64,000 nt of DNA from Mobula hypostoma. Its lineage: Eukaryota. This document shows, one piece after another, positions 24,910-35,780 of the stretch (within the stretch, counting starts at the first letter, position 1; each line of letters opens with the position of its first letter). The DNA lies in NCBI RefSeq assembly GCF_963921235.1, contig NC_086108.1, forward strand, positions 43,154,001 through 43,218,000, in the 5' to 3' direction. Under the pieces are notes generated by a model, which saw only the letters and a program-made list of their open reading frames with translations, ran no database searches and was not told where the DNA came from. Both the position numbers and the translations under genes were made by a program.

Positions 24910-25016
24910 ATTTGGATTTTCAGCTAACTGATCGAACATCAACCCATACAGCATTTGAGGAAGCTCTGAATGATCCAAAAAATGGAGACTATGCCTTTAA
25001 GCATTTGAGGCAGAAG
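24910..25016 (+). CDS. TRMT13: TRMT13 coding exon 6 (NLDFQLTDRTSTHTAFEEALNDPKNGDYAFKHLRQK)
   Basis: Acceptor tatctttag, donor gtagga; 107 nt; ALNDPKNGD..KHL motif. Confidence 0.94.
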
Positions 25017-25404
25017 GTAGGATGTGGAGATGAATGATTTGAATTAAAAACTCAAGTGTATATGTATGTGCTTGGGTGGTGTGTAACTTGTAAGTTCAAC
25101 CATGGAAGTTGCTAATTGTGCTACAACCAATACAACAATTATTGGTTACATAAAACAAGCAACAAGTATTGCAAATGAGGGAGATGTCTCCTGCATTTTC
25201 ATCGGACACACAAGTCATTTGGAGACTATCAGTAAAATCTTGAACTGTACTGAGCAAGCTTATTGTCTCATTGTATTAGAGTTATTCCAACCTTGAATAA
25301 ATATTAATCCTTTGAGTTAAAAAAGAAATGACATACACAGGAATTGTATTAATCTGTTTACTCCTTCTGGTTTGTTCTGCCATTTATTGAAATCATAGTT
25401 GATC

Positions 25405-25885
25405 AATAATCAGAATCAAGTTTAATATCATCGGCATATGTCGTGAAATTTATTGACTTTGTGGCAGCAGTGCCATGCAATACATAATAATAGAGACAAA
25501 ATAAGCAGTGCAAAACAGAAATTAAAAAGTAGTGAGGTAATATTCATGGGTTCAGTATCCATTCAGAAATCAGATGGCAGAGGGGAAGAAGCTGTTCCTG
25601 AAGCATTGAGTGTGTGCCTTCATGCTCCTGTACCTCTTTCCTGATGGTAGCAATGGGAACAAGGCATGGCTTGAGTGATGGGGTTCCTTAATGATGGACA
25701 CTGCCTTTTTAAGGTATCGCTCCTTAAAGATGTCTTTGATACTACGGAGTCTAGTGCCCATGATGGTGCTAACTAAGTTTACAACTTCCTGCAGCTTACT
25801 TCATTCCTGTGTAGTAGCACCCCCCCACCCCCATCCTCATACCAGACAGTGATCCAGCCAGTTAGAATGCTCTCCACAGTACAAC
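25405..25885 (-). mobile_element. Rex1/Babar-type LINE 3' fragment
   Basis: ORF 25570..25761 (IIKEPHHSSHALFPLLPSGKRYRS..FRNSFFPSAI); tail gattctgattatt. Confidence 0.75.
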
Positions 25886-25956
25886 TGCAGCTGTTTTATG
25901 TATAACACGGTATAACTGCTTTATGTGTTTTCTCTCGTATAATAACAATTTCAGTA

Positions 25957-27573
25957 CAGGTGTCCCCCGCATTTCGAATGTTAGCTTTACGAAACCTCAC
26001 TGTTACGAAAGATCTACATTAGTTACGTGTTTTAGCTAACAGAAGGTGTTTTCACTGTTACAAAAAAAGGCAGCGCGCGAAAAAAGGTAGCGTGTGAAAA
26101 AAGGCAGCACGTGCCCCGAGCAGCCGCTCTCCCCCGGATTTGGAACGCCATTCTCGCCAGCATTGCTTAAACACATGCCTGTGAGCAGCCGTTTGCAAAA
26201 TGAGTTCTAAGGTATCAGAAAAGCCTAAAAGAGCTCATAAGGGTGTTACACTTAGCGTAAAACTAGACATAATTAAGCGTTTCGATCGTGGTGAACGAAG
26301 TAAGGACAAAGTGAGTTTGACTTGTGGAAGTTGACAAAGATGATGTTGAAGAGGTTTGGCATCCCATGACCAAGAACTGATAGGTGAAGAGCTGATGCAA
26401 TTGGAAGAGGAAAGGTTAACAATCGAAACCGAATGTAGTAGTGAACGGACCGAAAGTGAAGTCGTCCAGGAACTGAACGTGATGCAACTGCGTGAGATTT
26501 TCGCTGCAATGATAAAGTACGACTTTAATTTTGAAAGGGTACGTCGGTTTAGGGCATATTTACAAGATGGTTTGAGTGCTTACAAAGAACTGTATGGTAG
26601 AAAAATGCATGGGGCTAGCGGTCAAGCAAATCTTCAGCAGACGACGAACCTCGACCTTCGACATCGAGGCAGGCAGACGTAGAAGAAGATGACCTGCCTG
26701 CCCTGATCGACAATGAGATGACACCCCAGTGTCCCACCATCCCAACCCCTGGGCTGCGGACAGATACAAATTCACGGAGAATGCAGCGGTAGCCGGAATG
26801 CACCCAGCACATCTTTAAGAAAAAAGCCGAAATAAACAAGCTAATTAATTAGGTGCCGCCCGGCACGTAAATGTTGGCCCAGATCAGAGCCGATTGCGGA
26901 TTGCATCGCCTCTGATCTGGGCCGACATTTATGTGCCGGACAGCACCTAATTAATTAGTTTGTTTATTTTGGCTTTTTTCTTAAAGATGTGCTGGGTGCA
27001 TCCCAGCTACCGCTGTACCCCTGCATGCTTTGTGGATCAGTATCGGTTTGCTGCCCAGAGGGTGGGGGCCACTGCACCACCCCAACCTCCGACAGCTCAG
27101 CCTAACACACCATCATCAGTGTGCTCGATGTCTTCCTGATTCCCATAAGTGATACTACACTGTACATACATTATTTCCAATTTATATCGGCTGTGTATTT
27201 TTAGGTGTTATTTGGTATGATTTGGCAGCTTCGTAGCTTAAAGGTTACTGGAGAGCGCTTGCGCCGTGTTTTTGCCGACAGCGCTAGCGTGAGATTTTCG
27301 CTACAGAGAACAGCGCAGGCAGTGATTGTAGAGAAGTATTTCTACTTTATATAGGTGCTGTATTTATCATATCATTCCTGCTTTTACTATATGTTACTGT
27401 TATTTTCGGATATATGTGTTATTTTGCATGATTTGGTAGGTTATTTTTGGGTCTGCAAACGCTCACAAATTTTTCCCATATAAATAAATGCTAATTGCTT
27501 CTTCACTTTACGACCTTCCAGCTTACGAACCGTTTCATGGGAACACTCTACCTCGGATGGCGGGGGAAACCTG
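25957..27573 (+). mobile_element. Non-autonomous Tigger/pogo DNA transposon, internally deleted
   Basis: TA-flanked TIRs CAGGTGTCCCCCGC and GCGGGGGAAACCTG. An N-terminal HTH peptide MSSKVSEKPKRAHKGVTLSVKLDIIKRFDRGER (from 26200) is joined to a C-terminal SHDQELIGEELMQLEEER segment; no DDD domain. Confidence 0.88.
26782..27017. repeat. Long inverted repeat (hairpin, arms about 110 bp)
   Basis: cagcggtagc..cacccagcacatctttaagaaaaaagcc..ctaattaattaggtgc..ggcccagatcagag is mirrored by ctctgatctgggcc..gcacctaattaattag..ggcttttttcttaaagatgtgctgggtg..gctaccgctg. Confidence 0.95.
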
Positions 27574-27954
27574 TAGTTAACTGTGATTTTTCATATGGGA
27601 CATTTAACCACCCTTAAAATGTAGAAATGTAACTTTAAATATGGTTCTACCTGTTTGGTTGTACTCTTCAAGATTCCCTAACTGGTGGAAATATTTTATT
27701 TCAAAAAAATAGTTAGCTACTATTTTGTCAATTTTCTTCAAATTCATTCGTGATTTTCTATATTAACAGTAACCCTGGTTTGTATAATCTTTGCGTATAT
27801 TGAAATCCATTTACCAAAGTTTGACCATTTACAGTATTTGTATCTCTGATTTTCTGCTTTATTTATTTATAAATGGCAAACAGAGATACATGGCTCTATC
27901 CCATCATCTTTGCCTCAACTATATGATATAGGACCCTTAACAGCAGTTTACAGC

Positions 27955-28485
27955 TGTCAAGTTTGCTGTGTACTGTTTTGGTCCCCGTGTAATAGGAAAA
28001 ACATAGTTAATCTGGAAAGAGAGTTGAAAAGATCTATGAGGATGTTATCAGAACTAGAGAGCCTGAGTTATAAGGAGAGGATGGCCAGGCCAGATCTATT
28101 CCTTGGAGCATAGGAGAATGAGAGGTAGCCTTATAGAGACTTATAAAATTATTAGGGGCATAGATAAGGTGGATGGTAGCAGTCAAAACATTTAAGGCGC
28201 AGAGATTTTGGGGTGAGATGAGAAAGTTTTGAAAGAGACTTGAGAGACAACTTTTTCGTGCAGAGGGTGGTCACTATATGGAACGAGCTGCCAGAGAACG
28301 TGGTTGAGGCAGGTACAGTAGTATCATTTAAGAAACACTTGGATGTATACTGTACATGCAGGAGCGAAGCTTGTACGGATGTAAGCTGCTGACATGAAAT
28401 TGGGACTAACTAGCTAAGCACCATGGTGGGCATGGACTCACTGGGTCTAAGTGCCGGTAACCATGCCATATTGCTCCATGACTGA
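27955..28485 (+). mobile_element. CR1 3' fragment
   Basis: CCVLFWSPCNRKNIVNLER..RMLSELESLSYKER and CR1-type 3' UTR. Confidence 0.8.
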
Positions 28486-28583
28486 CAGAGGGACCTTAAC
28501 ATCCAATTTCATAGCTCCATGAAAGTGGCTGCACGAGTTGATGGCATGTTTGCCTTTAATAGTCAAGGCATTGAGATTAAGAG

Positions 28584-31553
28584 TTGGGAAGTTGCATTAC
28601 ATTAACATACAGAGAGGCTTTGAGGAAAGAGAAGCAGAATAAACGGTGTAAAGACAGTAAGGTAGAAGGGCTGAAATGTGTGTACCTCAATGCAAGAAGC
28701 ATCAGGAACAAAGGTGATGAACTGAGAGCTTGGATACATACATGGAATTATGATGTAGTGGCCCTTACAGAGACTTGGCTGGCACCAGGGCAGGAATGGA
28801 CTCTCAATATTCCTGGATTTCAGGATAGAGAGGGCGGAAAAAGGGGAGGAGGGGTGGCATTACTGGTCAGGGATACTATTACAGCTACAGAAAGGGTGGG
28901 TAATGTAGCAGGATCCTCTTTTGAGTCAATATGGGTGGAAGTCAGGAACAGGAAGGGAACAGTTACTCTACTGGGGGTATTCTATAGGCCCCCTGGTAGC
29001 AGCAGAGATACAGAGGAGCAGATTGGGAGGCAGATTTTGGAAAGGTGCAAAAATAACAGGGTTGTTATCATGGGTGGCTTTAACTTCCCTAATATTGATT
29101 GGCACCTGATTAGTTCCAAGGGTTTAGATGGGGCAGAATTTGTTAAGTGTGTCCAGGATGGATTCCTGTCGCAGTATGTGGACAGGCCGACCAGGGGGAA
29201 TGCCATACTAGGTCTAGTACTAGGTAATGAATCGGGTCAGGTCACAGATCTCTCAGTGGGTGAGCATCTGGGGGACAGTGACCACTGCTCCCTGGCCTTT
29301 ATAATTATCATGGAAAAGGATAGAATCAAAGAGGACAGGAAAATTTTTAATTGGGGAAAGGCAAATTATGAGGCTATAAGGCTAGAACTTGCGGGTGTGA
29401 ATTGGGATGATGTTTTTGCAGGGAAATGTACTATGGACATGTGGTCGATGTTTAGAGATCTCTTGCAGGATGTAAGGGATAAATTTGTCCCGGTGAGGAA
29501 GATAAAGAATGGTAGGGTGAAGGAACCATGGGTGACAAGTGAGGTGGAAAATCTAGTCAGGAGGAAGAAAGCAGCATACATGAGGTTTAGGAAGCAAGGA
29601 TCAGCTGGGTCTATTGAGGATTATAGGGAAGCAAGAAAGGAGCTTAAGAAGGGGCTGAGAAGAGCAAGAAGGGGGCATGAGAAGGCTTTGGCGAGTAGGG
29701 TAAAGGAAAACCCCAAGGCATTCTTCAATTATGTGAAGAAAAAAAGGATGACAGGAGTGAAGGTAGGACCGATTAGAGATAAAGGTGGGAAGATGTGCCT
29801 GGAGGCTGTGGAAGTGAGCGAGGTCCTCAATGAATACTTATCTTCGGTATTCACCAATGAGAGGGAACTTGATGATGGTGAGGACAATATGAGTGAGGTT
29901 GATGTTCTGGAGCATGCTAATATCAAGGGAGAGGAGGTGTTGGAGTTGTTAAAATACATTAGGACAGATAAGTCCCCGGGGCCTGACGGAATATTCCCCA
30001 GGCTGCTCCACAAGGCGAGAGAAGAGATTGCTGAGTCTCTGGCTAGGATCTTTATGTCCTCGTTGTCCACGGGAATGGTACCGGAGGATTGGAGGGAGGC
30101 GAATGTTGTTCCCTTGTTCAAAAACGGTAGTAGGGATAGTCCGGGTAATTATAGACCAGTGAGCCTTACGTCTGTGGTGGGAAAGCTGTTGGAAAAGATT
30201 CTTAGAGATAGGATCTATAGGCATTTAGAGAATCATGGTCTGATCAGGGACAGTCAGCATGGCTTTGTGAAGGGCAGACCGTGTCTAACAAGCCTGATAG
30301 AGTTCTTTGAGGAGGTGACCAGGCATATAGATGAGGGTAGTGCAGTGGATGTGATCTATATGGATTTTAGTAAGGCATTTGACAAGGTTCCACACAGTAG
30401 GCTTATTCAGAAAGTTAGAAGGCATGGGATCCAGGGAAATTTGGGCAGGTGGATTCAGAATTGGCTTGCCTGCAGAAAGCAGAGGGTGGTGGTGGAGGGA
30501 GTACATTCAGATTGGAGGATTGTGACTAGTGGTGTCCCACAAGGATCTGTTCTGGGACCTCTACTTTTCGTGATTTTTATTAACGACCTGGATGTGGGGG
30601 TAGAAGGGTGGGTTGGCAAGTTTGCAGACGACACAAAGGTTGGTGGTGTTGTAGATAGTGTAGAGGATTGTCAAAGATTGCAGAGAAACATTGATAGGAT
30701 GCAGAAGTGGGCTGAGAAGTGGCAGATGGAGTTCAACCCGGAGAAGTGTGAGGTGGTACACTTTGGAAGGACAAACTCCAAGGCAGAGTACAAAGTAAAT
30801 GGCAGGATACTTGGTAGTGTGGAGGAGCAGAGGGATCTCGGGGTACATGTCCACAGATCCCTGAAAGTTGCCTCACAGGTGGATAGGGTAGTTAAGAAAG
30901 TTTATGGGGTGTTAGCTTTCATAAGTCGAGGGATAGAGTTTAAGAGTCGCGATGTAGTGATGCAGCTCTATAAAACTCTGGTTAGGCCACACTTGGAGTA
31001 TTGTGTCCAGTTCTGGTCACCTCACTATAGGAAGGATGTGGAAGCATTGGAAAGAGTACAGAGGAGGCTTACCAGGATGCTGCCTGGTTTGGAAAGTATG
31101 CAATATGATCAGAGATTAAGGGAGCTAGGGCTTTACTCTTTGGAGAGAAGGAGGATGAGAGGAGACATGATAGAGGTGTACAAGATAATAAGAGGAATAG
31201 ATAGAGTGGATAGCCAGCGCCTCTTCTCCAGGGCACCACTGCTCAATACAAGAGGACATGGCTTTAAGGTAAGGGGTGGGGGGATATTAGAGGAAGGTTT
31301 TTTTACTCAGGGGGTGGTTGGTGCGTGGAATGCACTGCCTGAGTCAGTGGTGGAGGCAGATACACTAGTGAAGTTTAAGAGACTACTAGACAGGCATATG
31401 GAGGAACTAAGGTGGGAGCTTATATGGGAGGCAGGGTTTGAGGGTCGGCACAACATTGTGGGCCGAAGGGCCTGTACTGTGCTGTACTATTCTATGTTCT
31501 CTATGTTCTATGTTCTATTGCAGTTTTATCAAACTGGTTACTCTACATTTTGA
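28584..31553 (+). CDS. CR1 ORF2 (APE endonuclease plus reverse transcriptase), 989-aa open frame; element-encoded, probably non-functional
   Basis: YLNARS, ALTETW, YRPP, SDH, SPGPDG, YRPVSLTS, YMDFSKAFD, GVPQGSVLGP, KFADD. Endonuclease GDFN reads GGFN and LDL reads LGL. Confidence 0.8.
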   Translation: MGSCITLTYREALRKEKQNKRCKDSKVEGLKCVYLNARSIRNKGDELRAWIHTWNYDVVALTETWLAPGQEWTLNIPGFQDREGGKRGGGVALLVRDTITATERVGNVAGSSFESIWVEVRNRKGTVTLLGVFYRPPGSSRDTEEQIGRQILERCKNNRVVIMGGFNFPNIDWHLISSKGLDGAEFVKCVQDGFLSQYVDRPTRGNAILGLVLGNESGQVTDLSVGEHLGDSDHCSLAFIIIMEKDRIKEDRKIFNWGKANYEAIRLELAGVNWDDVFAGKCTMDMWSMFRDLLQDVRDKFVPVRKIKNGRVKEPWVTSEVENLVRRKKAAYMRFRKQGSAGSIEDYREARKELKKGLRRARRGHEKALASRVKENPKAFFNYVKKKRMTGVKVGPIRDKGGKMCLEAVEVSEVLNEYLSSVFTNERELDDGEDNMSEVDVLEHANIKGEEVLELLKYIRTDKSPGPDGIFPRLLHKAREEIAESLARIFMSSLSTGMVPEDWREANVVPLFKNGSRDSPGNYRPVSLTSVVGKLLEKILRDRIYRHLENHGLIRDSQHGFVKGRPCLTSLIEFFEEVTRHIDEGSAVDVIYMDFSKAFDKVPHSRLIQKVRRHGIQGNLGRWIQNWLACRKQRVVVEGVHSDWRIVTSGVPQGSVLGPLLFVIFINDLDVGVEGWVGKFADDTKVGGVVDSVEDCQRLQRNIDRMQKWAEKWQMEFNPEKCEVVHFGRTNSKAEYKVNGRILGSVEEQRDLGVHVHRSLKVASQVDRVVKKVYGVLAFISRGIEFKSRDVVMQLYKTLVRPHLEYCVQFWSPHYRKDVEALERVQRRLTRMLPGLESMQYDQRLRELGLYSLERRRMRGDMIEVYKIIRGIDRVDSQRLFSRAPLLNTRGHGFKVRGGGILEEGFFTQGVVGAWNALPESVVEADTLVKFKRLLDRHMEELRWELIWEAGFEGRHNIVGRRACTVLYYSMFSMFYVLLQFYQTGYSTF
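28600..31516 (+). mobile_element. Young CR1 LINE (near-complete ORF2, ORF1 absent) inserted in an older CR1 remnant (~28488-32680)
   Basis: Stop-free ORF2 and (TTCTATG)n tail. The older CR1 sequence breaks near 28598 and resumes near 31517. Confidence 0.93.
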
Positions 31554-31782
31554 GTATTACATTCAATTCTAGTTGCTCTATTGTAGGAAGGATGTGAAGG
31601 GTTTGGTGAGGGTATTGAAGAAGTTTACCAGTATGTTGTCTGAATTAGAGGACACGTGCTACTGATGTGCTGGGTTGGACAAACTAGGGTTGCTTTCTCT
31701 GGAGCAGCAGAGCCTGACAGAATTTTATAAAATTATGAGAGGCATAGATGAGTAACCAATAGGTATCTTTTTTCATAACTCT

Positions 31783-32370
31783 TTCATAAGTCGAGGGATA
31801 GAGTTTAAGAGTCGTGATGTAATGATGCAGCTCAATAAAACTCTGGTTAGGCCACACTTGGAGTACTGTGTCCAGTTCTGGTCACCTCACTATAGGAAGG
31901 ATGTGGAAGTATTGGAAAGGATACAGTGGGGACTTACCAGGATGCTGCCTGGTTTGGAAAGTATGCATTATGATCAGAGATTAAGGGAGCTAGGGCTTTA
32001 CTCTTTGGAGAGGAGGAGGATGAGAGGAGACATGATAGAGGTGTACAAGATAATAAGAGGAATAGATAGAGTGGATAGCCAGCGCCTCTTCCCCAGGGCA
32101 CCACTGCTCAGTACAAGGGGACATGGCTTTAAGGTAAGGGGTGGGAAGTTCAAGGGGGATATTAGAGGAAGGTTTTTTTACTCAGGGGGTGGTTGGTGCA
32201 TGGAATGCACTGCCTGAGTCAGCGGTGAAGGCAGTTTAAGAGACTGCTAGACAGGTATATGGAGGAATTTAAGGTGGGGGCTTATATAGGAGGCAGGGTT
32301 TGAGGGTCGGCACAACATTGTGGGCCGAAGGGCCTGTACTGTGCTGTACTATTCTATGTTCTATGTTCTA
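31783..32370 (+). mobile_element. Second 5'-truncated copy of the same young CR1 family
   Basis: Near-identical to ~30917-31510; ORF 31822..32217; same tail. Confidence 0.92.
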
Positions 32371-33335
32371 AGGTCCAAATCTCTCAGAGGTCTTGCATTT
32401 TAAGGTAAGGGGGGAAAGTTCAAAGGATATGTCTGGGACATGTTTTTTATATTTACACAGAACAGTGGATGCCTGGAATGCTCTGCCAGGGGTGGTGGTG
32501 GAGGTGGAGGCAGATATGACAGGCATTTAAGAGGCTCTTAGGCATATGAATATGCAGAAAATGGTGGGATATGGACTATGTGCATTCAGAAGCAATTGAG
32601 TGTCATTAGATAAATTAGTTCAGCACTATATCATGGTTCAAAGAGCCTATCCCTGTGCTGTGCTGTGCTGTCCTGTGTTCCAACTAGTTACATCCTGCTA
32701 CTTGAAGTACTTGCTCTAACTTCTATCCCTTTATCAACTTCCTAACTGATTCAGTAATTTCCTCCTCAGCCTCATGAAATTCAACTTTAGATAACAATCA
32801 CTCAAGAAGGTCTTTATGAATTATCTTCTGGAAGTCCCTATAATCCATATTTCATTTGTTACTTCTAAAATCTTGGAAAAGATTCATAATGCATTTCTGC
32901 TTTTGTATAGAATTATCTGAAACTCTTACCAATTGAACGTTGTCAGCAGTTCATCCACCTCATGGTAAAAATTGTTGTCATTTCCCCAAAACAGATGTTG
33001 CGTTGACATCTAATTTCATGGGTTGCTTTCACTCACTTGCTTAAAAAAAGAGCAATGTGCAATTTTCCAAACGGGAAAAAAAAGAATGGCTTACCACACC
33101 GTTACTTATCATTTGGGTAATATTAATTATCTCCCAGAAAAGTTTATTGCTATTGTAAATAGCATTTCTGTTATAACTCTGATAGGTGTTAGCTAATGTC
33201 AGAAACTGGACCTTGTGCATAATGCCAAACTATTAACTAAATAAAGCATCTGAGCCATATGTAATAGAAGTGATTAACTTTTTAAAGTTTTTGATTGTGT
33301 TGTTAACCCATACAGTACTGGATATATTATTCTAG

Positions 33336-33503
33336 GCTTCCCTTGCTGGTAATTTGGAAAGACTGGGCTTGCTGGGATCAAACAGATGTTATGTGGAGTT
33401 CGGTGCTGGTCGAGGAAAGTTGTCTCATTGGATAGATCTTGCTTTGCAAGGTTCTGATAATGTTCACTTCCTCCTTGTGGAAAGGGCCACTACTCGTTTC
33501 AAG
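33336..33503 (+). CDS. TRMT13: TRMT13 coding exon 7 (ASLAGNLERLGLLGSNRCYVEFGAGRGKLSHWIDLALQGSDNVHFLLVERATTRFK)
   Basis: Acceptor ttattctag, donor gtaata; 168 nt; SAM-binding motif I EFGAGRG. Confidence 0.96.
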
Positions 33504-33595
33504 GTAATAGTTTTCTAGAATTAGATAAGAAATAGTGATGATCTTCTACAAAAGTTCTAAAGTTCTTTGAATAAATATGGTATTTTCTTTTAAAG

Positions 33596-33668
33596 GTAGA
33601 TGGTAAGCACAGGCATCAAGGCTCAACATTTGAGCGGCTTCATATTGACATAGAAGATCTCAACCTAA
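33596..33668 (+). CDS. TRMT13: TRMT13 coding exon 8 (VDGKHRHQGSTFERLHIDIEDLNL)
   Basis: Acceptor ttttcttttaaag, donor gtaagt; 73 nt. Confidence 0.95.
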
Positions 33669-33764
33669 GTAAGTGCTGTTTCAATTTTACACACATGCAT
33701 AGAATGTATTTTTCTTTTGTTAAAATATAATAAATTTTGTTTAATAATAGTAACATCATTGCAG

Positions 33765-33839
33765 GTAATGTGCCACTTCTAGCAAGTGAAAAGTTGCCAG
33801 TGGTTGGAATTGGCAAGCATTTGTGTGGAGCTGCAACAG
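33765..33839 (+). CDS. TRMT13: TRMT13 coding exon 9 (SNVPLLASEKLPVVGIGKHLCGAAT)
   Basis: Acceptor ttgcag, donor gtatga; 75 nt; KHLCG motif. Confidence 0.95.
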
Positions 33840-34019
33840 GTATGAATGGCTTTAAAATAAATACAAATGTCAAAAAAAAGTAAACATTTATTGTTTATCA
33901 GTATGAGGCACCTTTTTAAATTTGTGCTTTGAAAAGTTAAGGTGATAAATATTGAGGTTAATGCTGACTTTTAGGATGGTGCCCTCTAGTGATGTCCCAA
34001 GGCCAGTAATTATTGTTTG

Positions 34020-34213
34020 TTAAGTTGTTCCTTTCTGTGCATTGGATGGCAACCTTGCTGTTTCTTCAGCATTTTTTGTCTGTTTTTACAAGGCTACGTT
34101 GCTAGTTTGATGTTCAACCCAATACAAATGGAAAGTACGCAAGGAGTCGGCCAATTTAAACCCAGGACCATTTGCCTCGAAGTCCAGTGTGGATGCCACT
34201 ACATCACTGGCTA
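34020..34213 (-). mobile_element. Older tRNA-derived SINE related to the 15822 copy
   Basis: Minus strand agccagtgatgtagtggcatccacactggacttcgaggc..gggttgaacatcaaactagcaacgtagccttgtaaaa parallels the 15822 head and body. Confidence 0.7.
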
Positions 34214-35780
34214 ACCACGTTTATTAAGCAATCATCCTAAATTAAGATATAACAATGAATCAGGAGAAACTTAACAATTATGCTCAAAATTTCATTCAAT
34301 ATTACAAATGTACAGGACTAATTTAGTATCAAAATATATCATGATCCTGAAGCTTCCAAATTACGGGATTATAGAGTGAAAGTCGTACAGTACTGAAATT
34401 GCAAGGGTAAAAAAACGCTGATGGGAGTTATGTACAGGTCTCCGAACAGTAACTACAATAGGAGACAAAGAAGACATGTAAAATGGGCAATGTAAGAGTG
34501 TTCATGGAGGATTTCAGTATGCAGGTAGATTGTGAAAATCAGGTTGGTGCTGGATCCCAAGAGAAGGGATTTGTAGATGCCTATGAGATGTTTTTTTTAA
34601 GATGAGCTTGTGGTGGAGTAGTCCACTAGGGAAAAGGCATTTCTGAATTAGCTATGTGTAATTAACTAAATTTGATTAGGGAGTTTAAAGGAGCCCTTAG
34701 GAGGCAGTGATCATAATATGATAGCATTCACCCAACAGTTGTAAGAGGGAGAATTAAAATCAGATGTATCGGTATTGCAGTGCAGTAAAGGGAACTACAG
34801 AGGTGTTAGAGGGGAGTTAGTTGGCCAGAGTTGATTGGAAAAGTACACTAGCATGGATGATGGTAGAGAACAATGATTTGAGTTTCTGGGAGTAACTTGG
34901 AAGATGCAAGATTGGTTCATTCCAAAGAAGAATAAGCATTCTAAAAGGAATGGCTGATAAGGGAAGTCAAAGACAACATAAAAGGAAATGAGGCATATAA
35001 TATAGCAAAAATTAGTAGAAAGCTGGAGGATTGGAAGCTTTTAAAAACCCAACAGAAGGCAAAAAGAGCAATAAGGACTGAAAAGATGAAATATGAAGGG
35101 AAGCTAGCCAATAGTGTAAAAGAGGATGCTAGCAAGTAAAAGAGAGACAGGAGTGGACATTATACTGCTGGAAAATGATGCTGGAGAGGTAATAATGGGG
35201 AACAAAGAAGTGGCAGATGAACTAAGTATTTTGTGTCAAGCTTTACTGTGAAAGGCTACCAGCAACATTTCAGAAATTTGAGAGTGCCAGCGAACAGAAG
35301 GAAGGGGGGCAGAAGAAAGAAAATTATAGGCCAGTTCGCCTGACTCCAGTGATTGGCATGATGTTAAAGCCCATTATTAAGGATAAGATGTCGGCATACT
35401 CAGAGTTATTTGATAAAATAGGCCAAAGTCAGCATGGTTTCTTTAAGGAGAAATCTTGCCTGACAAATCTATTGGAATTATTTGAGGAAATAATAGGCAG
35501 GATGTACAAAGGAGAGTGGGTGGATGTTGTTTACTTGGATTTTCAGAAGGCCTTTTACAGAGTACCGCATATGAGGCTGCTAAACAAGATAAGAGCCGTT
35601 GGTATTACTGGAAAAATACTAGCACGTATAGAAATTTGGCTGACTGGCAAGAGGCAAAGAGTGGGAATAAAAAAGGCCTTTTCTGATTGGCTGCCAGTGA
35701 CAAGTGCTGTTCCACCTCTTTTCGTGTTATTCGTCAATGATTTGGATGATGGAATTGATGGTTTTCTGGCTAAGTTTGCA

